A stretch of 64,000 bases of DNA from Bacteroidia bacterium (lineage in GTDB: Bacteria; Bacteroidota; Bacteroidia; AKYH767-A; OLB10): NCBI GenBank assembly GCA_016788185.1, contig JAEUTF010000183.1, positions 7,152 to 71,151 of the forward strand. The letters are read 5' to 3'. The notes under the pieces were generated by a model. It did not search any database, had not been told where the DNA came from, and saw only the letters and a list, made by a program, of their open reading frames with translations. The position numbers and the translations under genes are program-made. How positions within the stretch are numbered: position 1 is the first letter of the stretch; every line of letters starts with the position of its first letter. Shown here one piece after another: positions 20,263-29,210 of the stretch.

Positions 20263-21405
20263 TCACTGTCGGTTCACAAATTCGAGTACGCCGGAAGTAA
20301 TGTAGGCCAGGTCTTCGTGGGTAAGTTCGGTGTGCATCGGAAGTGAAATCACATGGCCGCACAGGGCTTCCGTAACAGGAAAATCACCCTTTTTGTAACG
20401 GGGATCCGTATACGCTTTTTGCATGTGGAGCGGCACAGGATAATAGATCATGGAGGGGATTCCCTTGCTGTCGAGGAATTCCCGGAGCGCGGTACGCGAT
20501 ACCCCGTTCAGCACCAGCGTGTACTGGTGAAATACATGGCTGGAATTCGGCATCCGGGCCGGGATCTTCAGCTTGCTGTGGTTGCCGAAGGCCTGGTCGT
20601 AATAGGCCGCTGCATCCTGCCGGGCCTTGCAGTATTCGTCAAGGTGACGGAGCTTGACACGCAGGATGGCCGCCTGAAGGGTGTCGAGCCTGCTGTTTAC
20701 GCCGATTTCATCGTGATGGTATTGCACCGATTGACCGTGATTGGCAATCATGCGGATGCGCTCTGCCAGTGCATCGTTCTGTGTAAAAATGGCGCCGCCG
20801 TCGCCCATGCAGCCCAAATTCTTGGAGGGGAAAAAAGAAGTGGTGCCGATGGTGCCAATGGTGCCGGCCTTCAGAGTGATTCCGGTCGACAAGGTGTAAT
20901 CCGCGCCGATCGCCTGTGCGGTATCCTCAATGACATAAAGGTTATGGGTATTGGCTATTTCCATGACCCTTTGCATGTTGGCGCATTGGCCAAAAAGATG
21001 CACCGGTACGATGGCCACGGTTTTGGGAGTGATCGCCCTTTCAATGGCATCGCAATCGATGGTGAAGGTGTCCGGATTGACATCCACCAATACCGGCTTA
21101 AGTTGCAGCAGAGCAATGACTTCCGCGGTGGCCACATACGTGAAACTGGCGGTAATGACTTCATCGCCGGGCTTAAAATTCAGCGCCATCATGGCGATCT
21201 GAAGAGCATCCGTACCATTGGCGCAGGGAATGACGTGTTTTACATCGAGGTATTCCTCCATCTCGCGTGCAAAATGCTTTACATCGGGCCCGTTGATATA
21301 GGCCGAAGAAACCACCACGTCGTGAATGGCTTTGTCGATTTCCGGCTGTATTTTATGGTATTGACCGAGCAGGTCTACCATGGGCATTTTTTTGAGCGTT
21401 TCCAT
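20263..21405 (-). CDS. DegT/DnrJ/EryC1/StrS family PLP-dependent aminotransferase, WbpE-like (UDP-3-oxo-GlcNAcA aminotransferase)
   Basis: 380 aa. It is the first gene of the co-directional sugar-nucleotide operon. ATG at 21405. Confidence 0.8.
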   Translation of the reverse strand: METLKKMPMVDLLGQYHKIQPEIDKAIHDVVVSSAYINGPDVKHFAREMEEYLDVKHVIPCANGTDALQIAMMALNFKPGDEVITASFTYVATAEVIALLQLKPVLVDVNPDTFTIDCDAIERAITPKTVAIVPVHLFGQCANMQRVMEIANTHNLYVIEDTAQAIGADYTLSTGITLKAGTIGTIGTTSFFPSKNLGCMGDGGAIFTQNDALAERIRMIANHGQSVQYHHDEIGVNSRLDTLQAAILRVKLRHLDEYCKARQDAAAYYDQAFGNHSKLKIPARMPNSSHVFHQYTLVLNGVSRTALREFLDSKGIPSMIYYPVPLHMQKAYTDPRYKKGDFPVTEALCGHVISLPMHTELTHEDLAYITSGVLEFVNRQ

Positions 21406-21526
21406 AGGTTCTTTTTGGCAGTCCCCCTTACCTCGCCGGAGGTGGGTTTTGGAGGGCGAAGATACTACTATTTCGAGTGATCAGGGTCGCGTCTCCGACT
21501 CTGTAATTTGCCTAAATTTGCAGGCT

Positions 21527-22297
21527 ATGATCAGGAACAGTCTTTCCGGCGGCCTTCTCGTCTTCCTTTTGCTTACCATCCCCTGTTCCGGGCTTTGGGC
21601 TCAGGCCAGTGTGAAAGATTCTGCCATTTCGATGGTGATGATCCGGCCTTCCTACGGACTTCAGGTACCTGCCGGCGATCTGGCCAAGCGTTTCGGTTTC
21701 AATCAGTCAGTGGGCATGGGCGTGTCCTACAAAAACAAAAAAGGTTGGATGATTACCGCCGAAGGGGCCTTTATTTTCGGTACCAAAATCAACGAGCCCA
21801 ACCTGTTTTCTGACCTCACCACCTCCGAAGGCACCATCATCGGCTCGGATGGTCTCTACGGTGATATCCGGGTGTTTGAAAGAGGATATTATGCCACCCT
21901 CGGATTGGGAAAAATTTTTAAAGTGAAAAAGCCCAATCCCAACTGCGGTTTTATTGTGGAGGGAAGCCTGGGCTTCATCCAGCATAAAATCAAAATCCAG
22001 GATAAAAAGAATGCGGTCCCGGCCTTGCAGGGAGAATATCTGAAAGGCTATGATAAATTAACGAATGGGCTGGCTGCCAGGGAGTTTGTTGGATTTCTCT
22101 ACATCGGAAACCACCGGCTGGTTAATTTCTTCGGCGGACTGGAGGCGGTCCAGGGATGGACGGCAGGCAGAAGATCCTATGATTTCAATTCCATGAAAGA
22201 GGAAACCGGAAGTCGTTTCGATATGCTGTTCGGAATACGGGTGGGTTGGGTCATTCCGCTGTTTAAGGAGGCGCCCGAAGAGTTTTACCTGTACTGA
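21527..22297 (+). CDS. Putative outer-membrane beta-barrel protein with signal peptide (256 aa), unknown function
   Basis: The internal ATG at 21527 gives a signal peptide MIRNSLSGGLLVFLLLTIPCSGLWAQ. The alternating hydrophobic pattern and aromatic C-terminus (EFYLY) suggest a beta-barrel. It is divergent from the wbp-like operon and upstream of waaA. Confidence 0.45.
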   Translation: MIRNSLSGGLLVFLLLTIPCSGLWAQASVKDSAISMVMIRPSYGLQVPAGDLAKRFGFNQSVGMGVSYKNKKGWMITAEGAFIFGTKINEPNLFSDLTTSEGTIIGSDGLYGDIRVFERGYYATLGLGKIFKVKKPNPNCGFIVEGSLGFIQHKIKIQDKKNAVPALQGEYLKGYDKLTNGLAAREFVGFLYIGNHRLVNFFGGLEAVQGWTAGRRSYDFNSMKEETGSRFDMLFGIRVGWVIPLFKEAPEEFYLY

Positions 22298-22436
22298 GTA
22301 GAAGTGCATGTACACCCTGAACGGATTGGCTTTGACGGAATCAACGGTGCAGGGGTTTTGTTTTTATGATATTATTGGGGAACTGGACGAATTGCGATAG
22401 GGAACAAGCGCTCGTCTGCAAAGGGTGTTGATTGAA

Positions 22437-23684
22437 ATGACCAAACTGCTGTATGTACTTGGAATCGGATGCTATGGAATGGCCATTCATCTGGCTGCCA
22501 TTTTTCATGGAAAGGCAAGGGCATGGGTACAGGGCCGGCAGCACTGGCGGCAGCACCTGAAGGAAGCAATGCCGTCCGACAAGCGGCACCGTATCTGGTT
22601 TCATTGCGCCTCCCTCGGCGAGTTCGAACAGGGTCGTCCGGTGCTGGAGCAAATCCGCAAGGAATTTCCGGGCCATTTCATCCTCCTCTCTTTCTTTTCT
22701 CCCTCCGGTTACGAGGCCAAAAAAAACGATCCGCTGGCGGACCATGTGTGTTACCTTCCGCTGGATGGTGCCAGATCGAGCCGGCAATTCGTTGAAATTG
22801 TTTCCCCTTCCCTGGTCTTCTTCGTGAAATACGAGTTCTGGTATTTTTATGGAAAATTTCTTCACGAACGTAAAATCCCCTTCTTCTGCCTGTCGGCGAT
22901 TTTTCGGCCCGGCCAGATTTTCTTTAAACCCTGGGGTGTCTTTTTCAGGAAGATCCTCACGCGCTATTCACACCTTTTTGTGCAGGATCAGGCTTCGCTT
23001 GAATTGCTCTATAAAAACCGCATTCCTTCCGTTACGGTTTCGGGCGATACCCGCTTCGACAGGGTGATGGAGAACAGTCGTCGCAAGGCGGATTTTCCGC
23101 TGATTGAGCAATTTACCTCCGGGCAACTGACGCTGGTAGCGGGAAGTACCTGGCCGGAGGATGAAAAGGTGTTGGCGGCCTTGATGAAGGAGGTTCCTAC
23201 ACTGAAAATGATCATCGCCCCGCACGAATTGGGGGAGTCGCGGCTGCGGAAACTGGAAAGTCGCTTCGAAGGGAAAGCCCTCCGGTATTCGCAACTGGGC
23301 TCCTCGCCCGGGCAACAGGCCAGTGTGCTGATCATCGACAGCATCGGCATGTTGTCGCTGCTTTACCGCTATGGTAAGTATGCCTACCTGGGCGGTGGTT
23401 TCGGCAGTGGCATTCACAACATCCTGGAGGCCGCCGTGTATGGTAAGCCGGTGTTTTTCGGACCGCATTTCAATAAATTCAGAGAGGCCCGTGATCTGAA
23501 AGCAATGGGTGGAGGCATCCCTGTGAAAAATGCTGCAGCCCTCCTGCAGGCGTTTGACCGGCTTGAAAATGACCCGGAACAATACAGGCTGCTCTGCCAG
23601 AAGAATCAGAAATACATCGAAGACCGCAAAGGAGCGACCGAAATTCTGATGAATTACCTGCGCATCAATTTCGTTAATTTTTAA
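22437..23684 (+). CDS. waaA: 3-deoxy-D-manno-octulosonic acid (Kdo) transferase
   Basis: The N-terminal glycosyltransferase domain (WFHCASLGEFEQGRPV) is typical of KdtA/WaaA. The first ATG is at 22437; the track start at 22425 is GTG. Confidence 0.85.
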   Translation: MTKLLYVLGIGCYGMAIHLAAIFHGKARAWVQGRQHWRQHLKEAMPSDKRHRIWFHCASLGEFEQGRPVLEQIRKEFPGHFILLSFFSPSGYEAKKNDPLADHVCYLPLDGARSSRQFVEIVSPSLVFFVKYEFWYFYGKFLHERKIPFFCLSAIFRPGQIFFKPWGVFFRKILTRYSHLFVQDQASLELLYKNRIPSVTVSGDTRFDRVMENSRRKADFPLIEQFTSGQLTLVAGSTWPEDEKVLAALMKEVPTLKMIIAPHELGESRLRKLESRFEGKALRYSQLGSSPGQQASVLIIDSIGMLSLLYRYGKYAYLGGGFGSGIHNILEAAVYGKPVFFGPHFNKFREARDLKAMGGGIPVKNAAALLQAFDRLENDPEQYRLLCQKNQKYIEDRKGATEILMNYLRINFVNF

Positions 23685-23787
23685 GAAAGATTCCCTGCCT
23701 TGGCTAAGTTGACCGCTGCGCCGGGTTTAGCTGATCAAACCTTGCGGCAGAGGCTGTGTGTAGTTTGTTCTTAATAAAAAATGTCCT

Positions 23788-24447
23788 CTAGTTTTTCCGG
23801 TAAACAAAATTGCCGTCAAGCATCGGATGCTTACCCAGCAAGGTCTCATCGCGCAGGAGCAGATAGAATCGTTTGAAAAAGATTTCAAAAAGCCAGGGTT
23901 CCGCATCCACCTCAAAGTAATTGTTGGCCTTTTCCGGGTAAATGCTCAGGCGGTGGTCGGGACAAAGTTCAAAGATGACCTGCAGGCTGTCAAAGGAGTC
24001 GCCTTCCAGCACCGCTTCCCCCTCCGGGTTGCAGAAACTGTAAGCACTGTCGCGACCTTCAAAGCCCACAAAGATGAAGTAGGAGTTGAGCAACTGGTTG
24101 ATGTGCTGTACCTGGAGCGTACTTTGACGCAGGAGTCGTCTTTCCGATTTCAGCATTTTCAACGCCGTCCCCTTGTCTTCATGGGCGGTAAACGCCAGCA
24201 AGGTGTCTTTTTTTTCAGAAATCAGCATTTCCCAACGGCCGCTTCCATAACGGTCAAGCGCACCCGAAGAAAAGAAAAATTCAAAACTGGAATCAGCTTT
24301 GACATTGAACCCGGAGGCCGTTTCCATCACGCCCTCCAGGTAGTAGGACCCGCAGAGCGTGCAAGCAGGCTGTGCGTTCAGTGTGGCAGCCCGAAGCGTC
24401 AGGAGCAGGATGATGCTGCCATGCAGCAGCCGGGTTGCGTGGCTCAT
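23788..24447 (-). CDS. Hypothetical secreted protein (219 aa), translationally coupled to rodA
   Basis: The ATG at 24447-24445 overlaps the rodA TGA in an ATGA arrangement. Signal peptide MSHATRLLHGSIILLLTLRAATLNA. No recognised domain. Confidence 0.45.
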   Translation of the reverse strand: MSHATRLLHGSIILLLTLRAATLNAQPACTLCGSYYLEGVMETASGFNVKADSSFEFFFSSGALDRYGSGRWEMLISEKKDTLLAFTAHEDKGTALKMLKSERRLLRQSTLQVQHINQLLNSYFIFVGFEGRDSAYSFCNPEGEAVLEGDSFDSLQVIFELCPDHRLSIYPEKANNYFEVDAEPWLFEIFFKRFYLLLRDETLLGKHPMLDGNFVYRKN

Positions 24448-25706
24448 CGTAAGATATACATTCTGTAACTGTCCAGTTTGATCAGTACAAAGAGCAGCAC
24501 GGTGAACCCCCAGAGGGAGGAGCCTCCGTAGCTGAAAAAGGGAAGCGGAATGCCAATCACGGGAGCGAGGCCGATGGCCATCCCCACATTGATCATCAGG
24601 TGGAAGAAAATAATGGACGCCACCCCATAGGCGTAAATCCTGGTGTATTGCGAACGCTGCCGCTCGGCGATGAAGACTATGCGGTAGAGCAGGGCGAGGA
24701 AGAGCAGGATGACCACGGATGTGCCGATAAAGCCCCATTCTTCACCTACCGTGCAAAAAATGAAGTCTGTACTCTGCTCGGGCACGAAGTCGTATTTGGT
24801 TTGTGTTCCCTGTAAAAAGCCCTTGCCGCTGAGTCCGCCGGAGCCAATGGCGATGAGGCTCTGGTTGACATTGTAACCGGCCCCTTTCGGGTCGCTTCTT
24901 TTTCCCAGCAGCACTTCAATACGCTCACGCTGGTGTGGCTGAAGTATTTTATGAAAAGCATAATCCACGCTGAATACCACACCGGCACTCAGGGCCGTAA
25001 TGGCCAGAATGGCCATCAGGTTTTTCCTGGTCTTTCTGAGGAGGAAGTAGGCGAGAAGTCCGAGGCCCCCGATGACGCCGAGCAAAATGGTGTTGGGAAC
25101 CATGAGGGCCAGAATGAACAGGACGCCGGCGAAAAATCCGAAAATAAGTACGTTTTGGGATAGCCCTTCCCGGTACAAAACGAAAATAAAGGAGATGAAA
25201 ACCAGGGCCGATCCCGTGTCGTTCTGAAGCAGGACCAGCGTCATGGGAAAGAGGATGATCAGCCCGGCCGTTATTTTGGTTTTCATGTCTTCCATGCGGA
25301 TGCCCAGCGAGCTCAGATATTTCGCGAGCGCCATGTTGGTGGCGAACTTGGCAAATTCCGAAGGCTGTAATTTAAAATTTCCGATTTCAATCCATGAGCG
25401 TGCTCCCTGAACATCGCGCGCGATCACAAGCACCACGAGCAGAATCAGCATCACCACCAGATAGGTGGGATAGGAGAAGGCGGCATAAAATTTTCCGTCG
25501 ATCACCAGGATGGCCAGCCCGATGACCAGCGAAGTGCCGATCCATAACATCTGCCGGCCGTAATTCTGGCTCATGTCAAAGATGTTCCGGTGTTCTTCAT
25601 TGTACACCGCAGCATAAATGTTGAGCCAGCCCATCAGCACAAAAACAATGTAAAGCCCCACCAGGAGCCAGTCTATGTTTTCAAATATGCTTTTCTGTTT
25701 GCGCAA
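24444..25706 (-). CDS. rodA: Rod shape-determining protein RodA (SEDS family peptidoglycan glycosyltransferase)
   Basis: 420 aa polytopic membrane protein with the FtsW/RodA pattern. It lies 10 nt after the mrdA stop. The track start is TTG. Confidence 0.85.
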   Translation of the reverse strand: MRKQKSIFENIDWLLVGLYIVFVLMGWLNIYAAVYNEEHRNIFDMSQNYGRQMLWIGTSLVIGLAILVIDGKFYAAFSYPTYLVVMLILLVVLVIARDVQGARSWIEIGNFKLQPSEFAKFATNMALAKYLSSLGIRMEDMKTKITAGLIILFPMTLVLLQNDTGSALVFISFIFVLYREGLSQNVLIFGFFAGVLFILALMVPNTILLGVIGGLGLLAYFLLRKTRKNLMAILAITALSAGVVFSVDYAFHKILQPHQRERIEVLLGKRSDPKGAGYNVNQSLIAIGSGGLSGKGFLQGTQTKYDFVPEQSTDFIFCTVGEEWGFIGTSVVILLFLALLYRIVFIAERQRSQYTRIYAYGVASIIFFHLMINVGMAIGLAPVIGIPLPFFSYGGSSLWGFTVLLFVLIKLDSYRMYILR

Positions 25707-25716
25707 TTCGCTGTTT

Positions 25717-27636
25717 TTATCTTTTGTTCCGTCTGTTTTCGAGCAGCGCGGTAGTACCGTTCCCCCGGGCTTTCGGTTTTACCTGGCTGCTGTCTTTGAT
25801 GCTGCCGGAGGGAATTTCGGGGTTCTTGTTTTCAAGTGGCAGCAGGTACCCGTTAAACATCCGCTCTTCCAGTTCATGGCGTTTGATGCTGTCATTAAAA
25901 TATTTTTCCATCATCAGGCTGGCAATCGGTGCGGCCCAGGTGGCTCCGTAACCGGCATTCTCGACCATGACGGCAATGGCGATTTTTGGGTTCTCACGCG
26001 GGGCAAATGCCACAAACAAACTATGATCCTTCCCGTGCGGGTTCTGTGCCGTTCCTGTTTTTCCGCAAATGGTCACCGAATCAAACCGGGCGATACGGGC
26101 CGTGCCCGCTTCCACCACCCTTTGCATGCCGTCCTGAATGATGTCGAAGTTTTTGGCGTCCACCATGGAGTAGTGTTTCTCGGCAAGATTGCGCGTGAGA
26201 TTGGCTTTGCCGCCGATCTGCTTGATGACGTGCGGTGTATAATAGAACCCTTTGTTGGCAATGATGCAAATGATGTTGGCCATCTGCATGGGATTGATGC
26301 CAAGTTCTCCCTGTCCGATTCCGAGCGAATAAATGGTGGAGGCCCGCCATCGGCCACTCCCGTAGTACTTGTCATAAAACTCCACGGAGGGGATGAGCCC
26401 CTTCAGCTCATGCGGCATGTCAACCCCTATTTTCTTTCCAATACCAAAACTCATCTGGTACTCACGCCATAGCCTATACCCTTTTTCGCTGCTTCCGTAT
26501 TTTCTGTTGTCAATAAAGGTACGGAAGGTGTTGCAGAAATAGGGGTTGCAGGAATACTGAATGGCGCCTTCCAGGGCGATGGGAGGATGCGGATGGCATT
26601 TTACGCTCTTGCTGCCCACCACAAAGGAGTGTGGGAATGTGGTTCCGGTGTGAATAAGACCTTCCTGCAAGGCGGCCAGGGCATTGGTGAGTTTGAAGGT
26701 GGATCCCGGCGGATAATAGGCCTGCATGGCGCGGTTAAAGAGAGGCTTCAGGGGATCGCGGAGGAGGTAGGCGTAGTTTTTCGAACGCACGCGTCCCACC
26801 AGGAGGTTGGGGTCGTAACCCGGACTCGATATCATCGCCAGAATTTCACCGGTCTGCGGCTCGATGGCCACCAGCGACCCGACTTTGTTCTGTAATAGTT
26901 TTTCTCCATAGGCCTGCAGTTCTGCGTCCAGCGTGGCCACCAGGTTTTGTCCTGCAATGGCAATGGTATCGTAAGCACCGTTTTTATAACTGCCTTTTTC
27001 GCGGTTGAACACATCCACCATCACAATCCGGACTCCGCGACGGCCGCGCAGTTCCAGCTCATAACTTTGTTCAATGCCGCTGATGCCGATGTAATCGCCT
27101 TGCCGGTAGTAGGGATTTTTGGCAATAAGTTCGTCGTTTACCTCGCCGATATACCCCAGTACATGCGCCGCCGTGTTGTTGGGGTATTTGCGAAGGGTGC
27201 GGGGCTGAACAAAGAAACCCTGGAACTTGTAGAGTTTTTCCTGGAAGGAGGCAAAAGTTTCGGCAGATATCTGCTTCTCGAAAATACTGGCTTTCATCTT
27301 GGAAAAGGTACTGGCCTTTTTCATTTTGTCGAGGAAAGCGTCTCGGCTGAGGTCAAGCAGCCGGCAGAATTCGGCCGTATCGAGGTCTTTCACCTGTTTG
27401 GGGATGACCATCAGGTCGTACACCGCCTGGTTGTAGGCAATGATTTTCCCTTTGCGGTCGTAAATCATGCCGCGTGCCGGATAATCGGTGATGTAACGCA
27501 GTACATTGTTGGTGGCGGAAACGGAATAACTTTCGTTGATCACCTGGATATAAAAGAGCCGGATCAGGAAAATGATGACCACGGCAGTGAAAATGCTGAG
27601 TATCACGAAACGCTGGCCTGACCCCGGATTGTACAT
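25717..27636 (-). CDS. mrdA: Penicillin-binding protein 2 (peptidoglycan D,D-transpeptidase)
   Basis: 639 aa with SxxK (STFK), SxN (SCN) and KTG (KTGTA) motifs. Confidence 0.9.
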   Translation of the reverse strand: MYNPGSGQRFVILSIFTAVVIIFLIRLFYIQVINESYSVSATNNVLRYITDYPARGMIYDRKGKIIAYNQAVYDLMVIPKQVKDLDTAEFCRLLDLSRDAFLDKMKKASTFSKMKASIFEKQISAETFASFQEKLYKFQGFFVQPRTLRKYPNNTAAHVLGYIGEVNDELIAKNPYYRQGDYIGISGIEQSYELELRGRRGVRIVMVDVFNREKGSYKNGAYDTIAIAGQNLVATLDAELQAYGEKLLQNKVGSLVAIEPQTGEILAMISSPGYDPNLLVGRVRSKNYAYLLRDPLKPLFNRAMQAYYPPGSTFKLTNALAALQEGLIHTGTTFPHSFVVGSKSVKCHPHPPIALEGAIQYSCNPYFCNTFRTFIDNRKYGSSEKGYRLWREYQMSFGIGKKIGVDMPHELKGLIPSVEFYDKYYGSGRWRASTIYSLGIGQGELGINPMQMANIICIIANKGFYYTPHVIKQIGGKANLTRNLAEKHYSMVDAKNFDIIQDGMQRVVEAGTARIARFDSVTICGKTGTAQNPHGKDHSLFVAFAPRENPKIAIAVMVENAGYGATWAAPIASLMMEKYFNDSIKRHELEERMFNGYLLPLENKNPEIPSGSIKDSSQVKPKARGNGTTALLENRRNKR

Positions 27637-27787
27637 GTTTTTTCGTGTCGTTTGGTGCTGCGGATGATCCGGGTTTACCCCCCGGATTTTTCGCTTGATT
27701 CTGGTTCAGATGATGGTGAAGAGTCTGTCATTCGCACGGGTTGGTTCATCTGCTGAGTTCCCATCGGGTGCAGACGTCCGGTTTATT

Positions 27788-28306
27788 TCAGATCGTTCCT
27801 TTGGGTTTGGCGCTCATGTACTGGGTGATGATGACGAGCAGTAAAGTTAATATACTGCTGAGCAGAATTCGCAGGAGTGTATCAAAGAATTCGCTGAGCC
27901 GGAAAACTTCCAGGAAAAAAAGCAGGAGGTGGTGCATAAAAATGAGCAGCGAACTGTACGCCAGGTACCAGGTAAAGCCGAATTTGCGGATGGAGGGTTC
28001 AGCATCGCTTTCGTACCCGTCGCGCGGGGCAATGATTTTGAGCCAGGCCGGTCGAAGATAGGCCAGGAAGAGGCAGGCCGAAGCATGCATGCCGGGCGTG
28101 TTCTGAAACATGTCAATGCTGAGTCCGGTGATCAGCGCCACGGCCAGCAGAAGCAGGCGGGGAATCTGCACCGGAAGTGACAGCAGGAACAGCACATACA
28201 GGAAGGGGTTGATGAAGGTGCCGAGCTGAACATTGTTCAGGATGATGACCTGAACCGCCAGCAGAAGAAGGAAACGGAAGATGTGCCGCAGAATCGCCAG
28301 GATCAT
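27788..28306 (-). CDS. mreD: Rod shape-determining protein MreD
   Basis: 172 aa hydrophobic membrane protein. Its ATG overlaps the mreC stop (ATGA). Confidence 0.7.
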   Translation of the reverse strand: MILAILRHIFRFLLLLAVQVIILNNVQLGTFINPFLYVLFLLSLPVQIPRLLLLAVALITGLSIDMFQNTPGMHASACLFLAYLRPAWLKIIAPRDGYESDAEPSIRKFGFTWYLAYSSLLIFMHHLLLFFLEVFRLSEFFDTLLRILLSSILTLLLVIITQYMSAKPKGTI

Positions 28307-29145
28307 GGTTCCTCCTCCTTGGCTTTATTGAAGCCCTCGAGCTGTTTCTGCTCGTCCTTCATCAGGTTGTTGACAATGTATACGTGGCTCAGGTTGCTGA
28401 AACGCATCGACAACTTCACCTTGATTTTATAAAACGGAGAACCGGGCTCCACCAGCGATTCGGTGACGGTGCCGATCAGCACGCCTGCCGGGAAAATGGT
28501 GGAAAATGCCGTGGTAACCACCGTGTCACCTTTTGCGACGGGAACCGTCTTGTCGATTTCTTTCAGGTAAACGTAATTGGGATCGCCGCCTTCCCATTTG
28601 AGGGATCCGAAAAAGCCGCTTCGCAGGAGCATGGCGGAGATATTGCTTTCCTTGTGCAGCAGCGACATCACAGTGCAATAATGATCCGACACATGGTTCA
28701 CGATGCCGACAATGCCGTTCGGAGCGATCACGCCCATTTCTGGGTGGATACCCTGAAGCCGGCCTTTGTTCAGCGTGATAAAATTGTTGCGGTGACGAAT
28801 GGAGTTGTTGATGACTTTAGCGGTGATGTATTCGTATTGCTGGAAATGGCCGGTATCCTTGACAAGAACACGGTTGGAATCGGTTTCATAGCGGGCATCG
28901 GCGAGTTGGGCACGAAGCAGGGCATTTTCCTCGGCGAGGCTGTTGTTGTTGTCGCGCAGATGGATGTATTCCCGTACATAGTTCACACCCTCCATGGTGG
29001 TGGTCACAACCGCGTTGGTGGCATTAAAGACGCTGGCTTGCTGGTAACGGTTGTTGCGCACCAGGAGGTAAATGCAAAGCCCCTGAAGGAGAACGAAAAA
29101 TAAAGTGAAGTTGTTGCGCCAAATCAGCTGGAATAATACCTTCAT
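28303..29145 (-). CDS. mreC: Rod shape-determining protein MreC
   Basis: 280 aa with an N-terminal TM helix, a coiled-coil region and a beta-rich periplasmic domain. Confidence 0.85.
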   Translation of the reverse strand: MKVLFQLIWRNNFTLFFVLLQGLCIYLLVRNNRYQQASVFNATNAVVTTTMEGVNYVREYIHLRDNNNSLAEENALLRAQLADARYETDSNRVLVKDTGHFQQYEYITAKVINNSIRHRNNFITLNKGRLQGIHPEMGVIAPNGIVGIVNHVSDHYCTVMSLLHKESNISAMLLRSGFFGSLKWEGGDPNYVYLKEIDKTVPVAKGDTVVTTAFSTIFPAGVLIGTVTESLVEPGSPFYKIKVKLSMRFSNLSHVYIVNNLMKDEQKQLEGFNKAKEEEP

Positions 29146-29210
29146 GATCTTGCTTTCATCAGCGCTGTTACGAAAGGGTTGCCGGCTGGGATGAAAATCC
29201 TCCCGGCCGC

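Noticed and set aside
20353-21480. 375-aa plus-strand ORF lying fully antisense to the WbpE-like aminotransferase. Similar long antisense ORFs occur at 2805-3665, 22968-23582, 25675-26472, 26947-27621, 39223-40155, 58304-59728 and 61792-62841.
   Set aside because: GC-rich coding DNA often leaves long open antisense frames. These have low-complexity R/G/H/V-rich translations and no motifs, and each fully overlaps a well-supported gene on the other strand.
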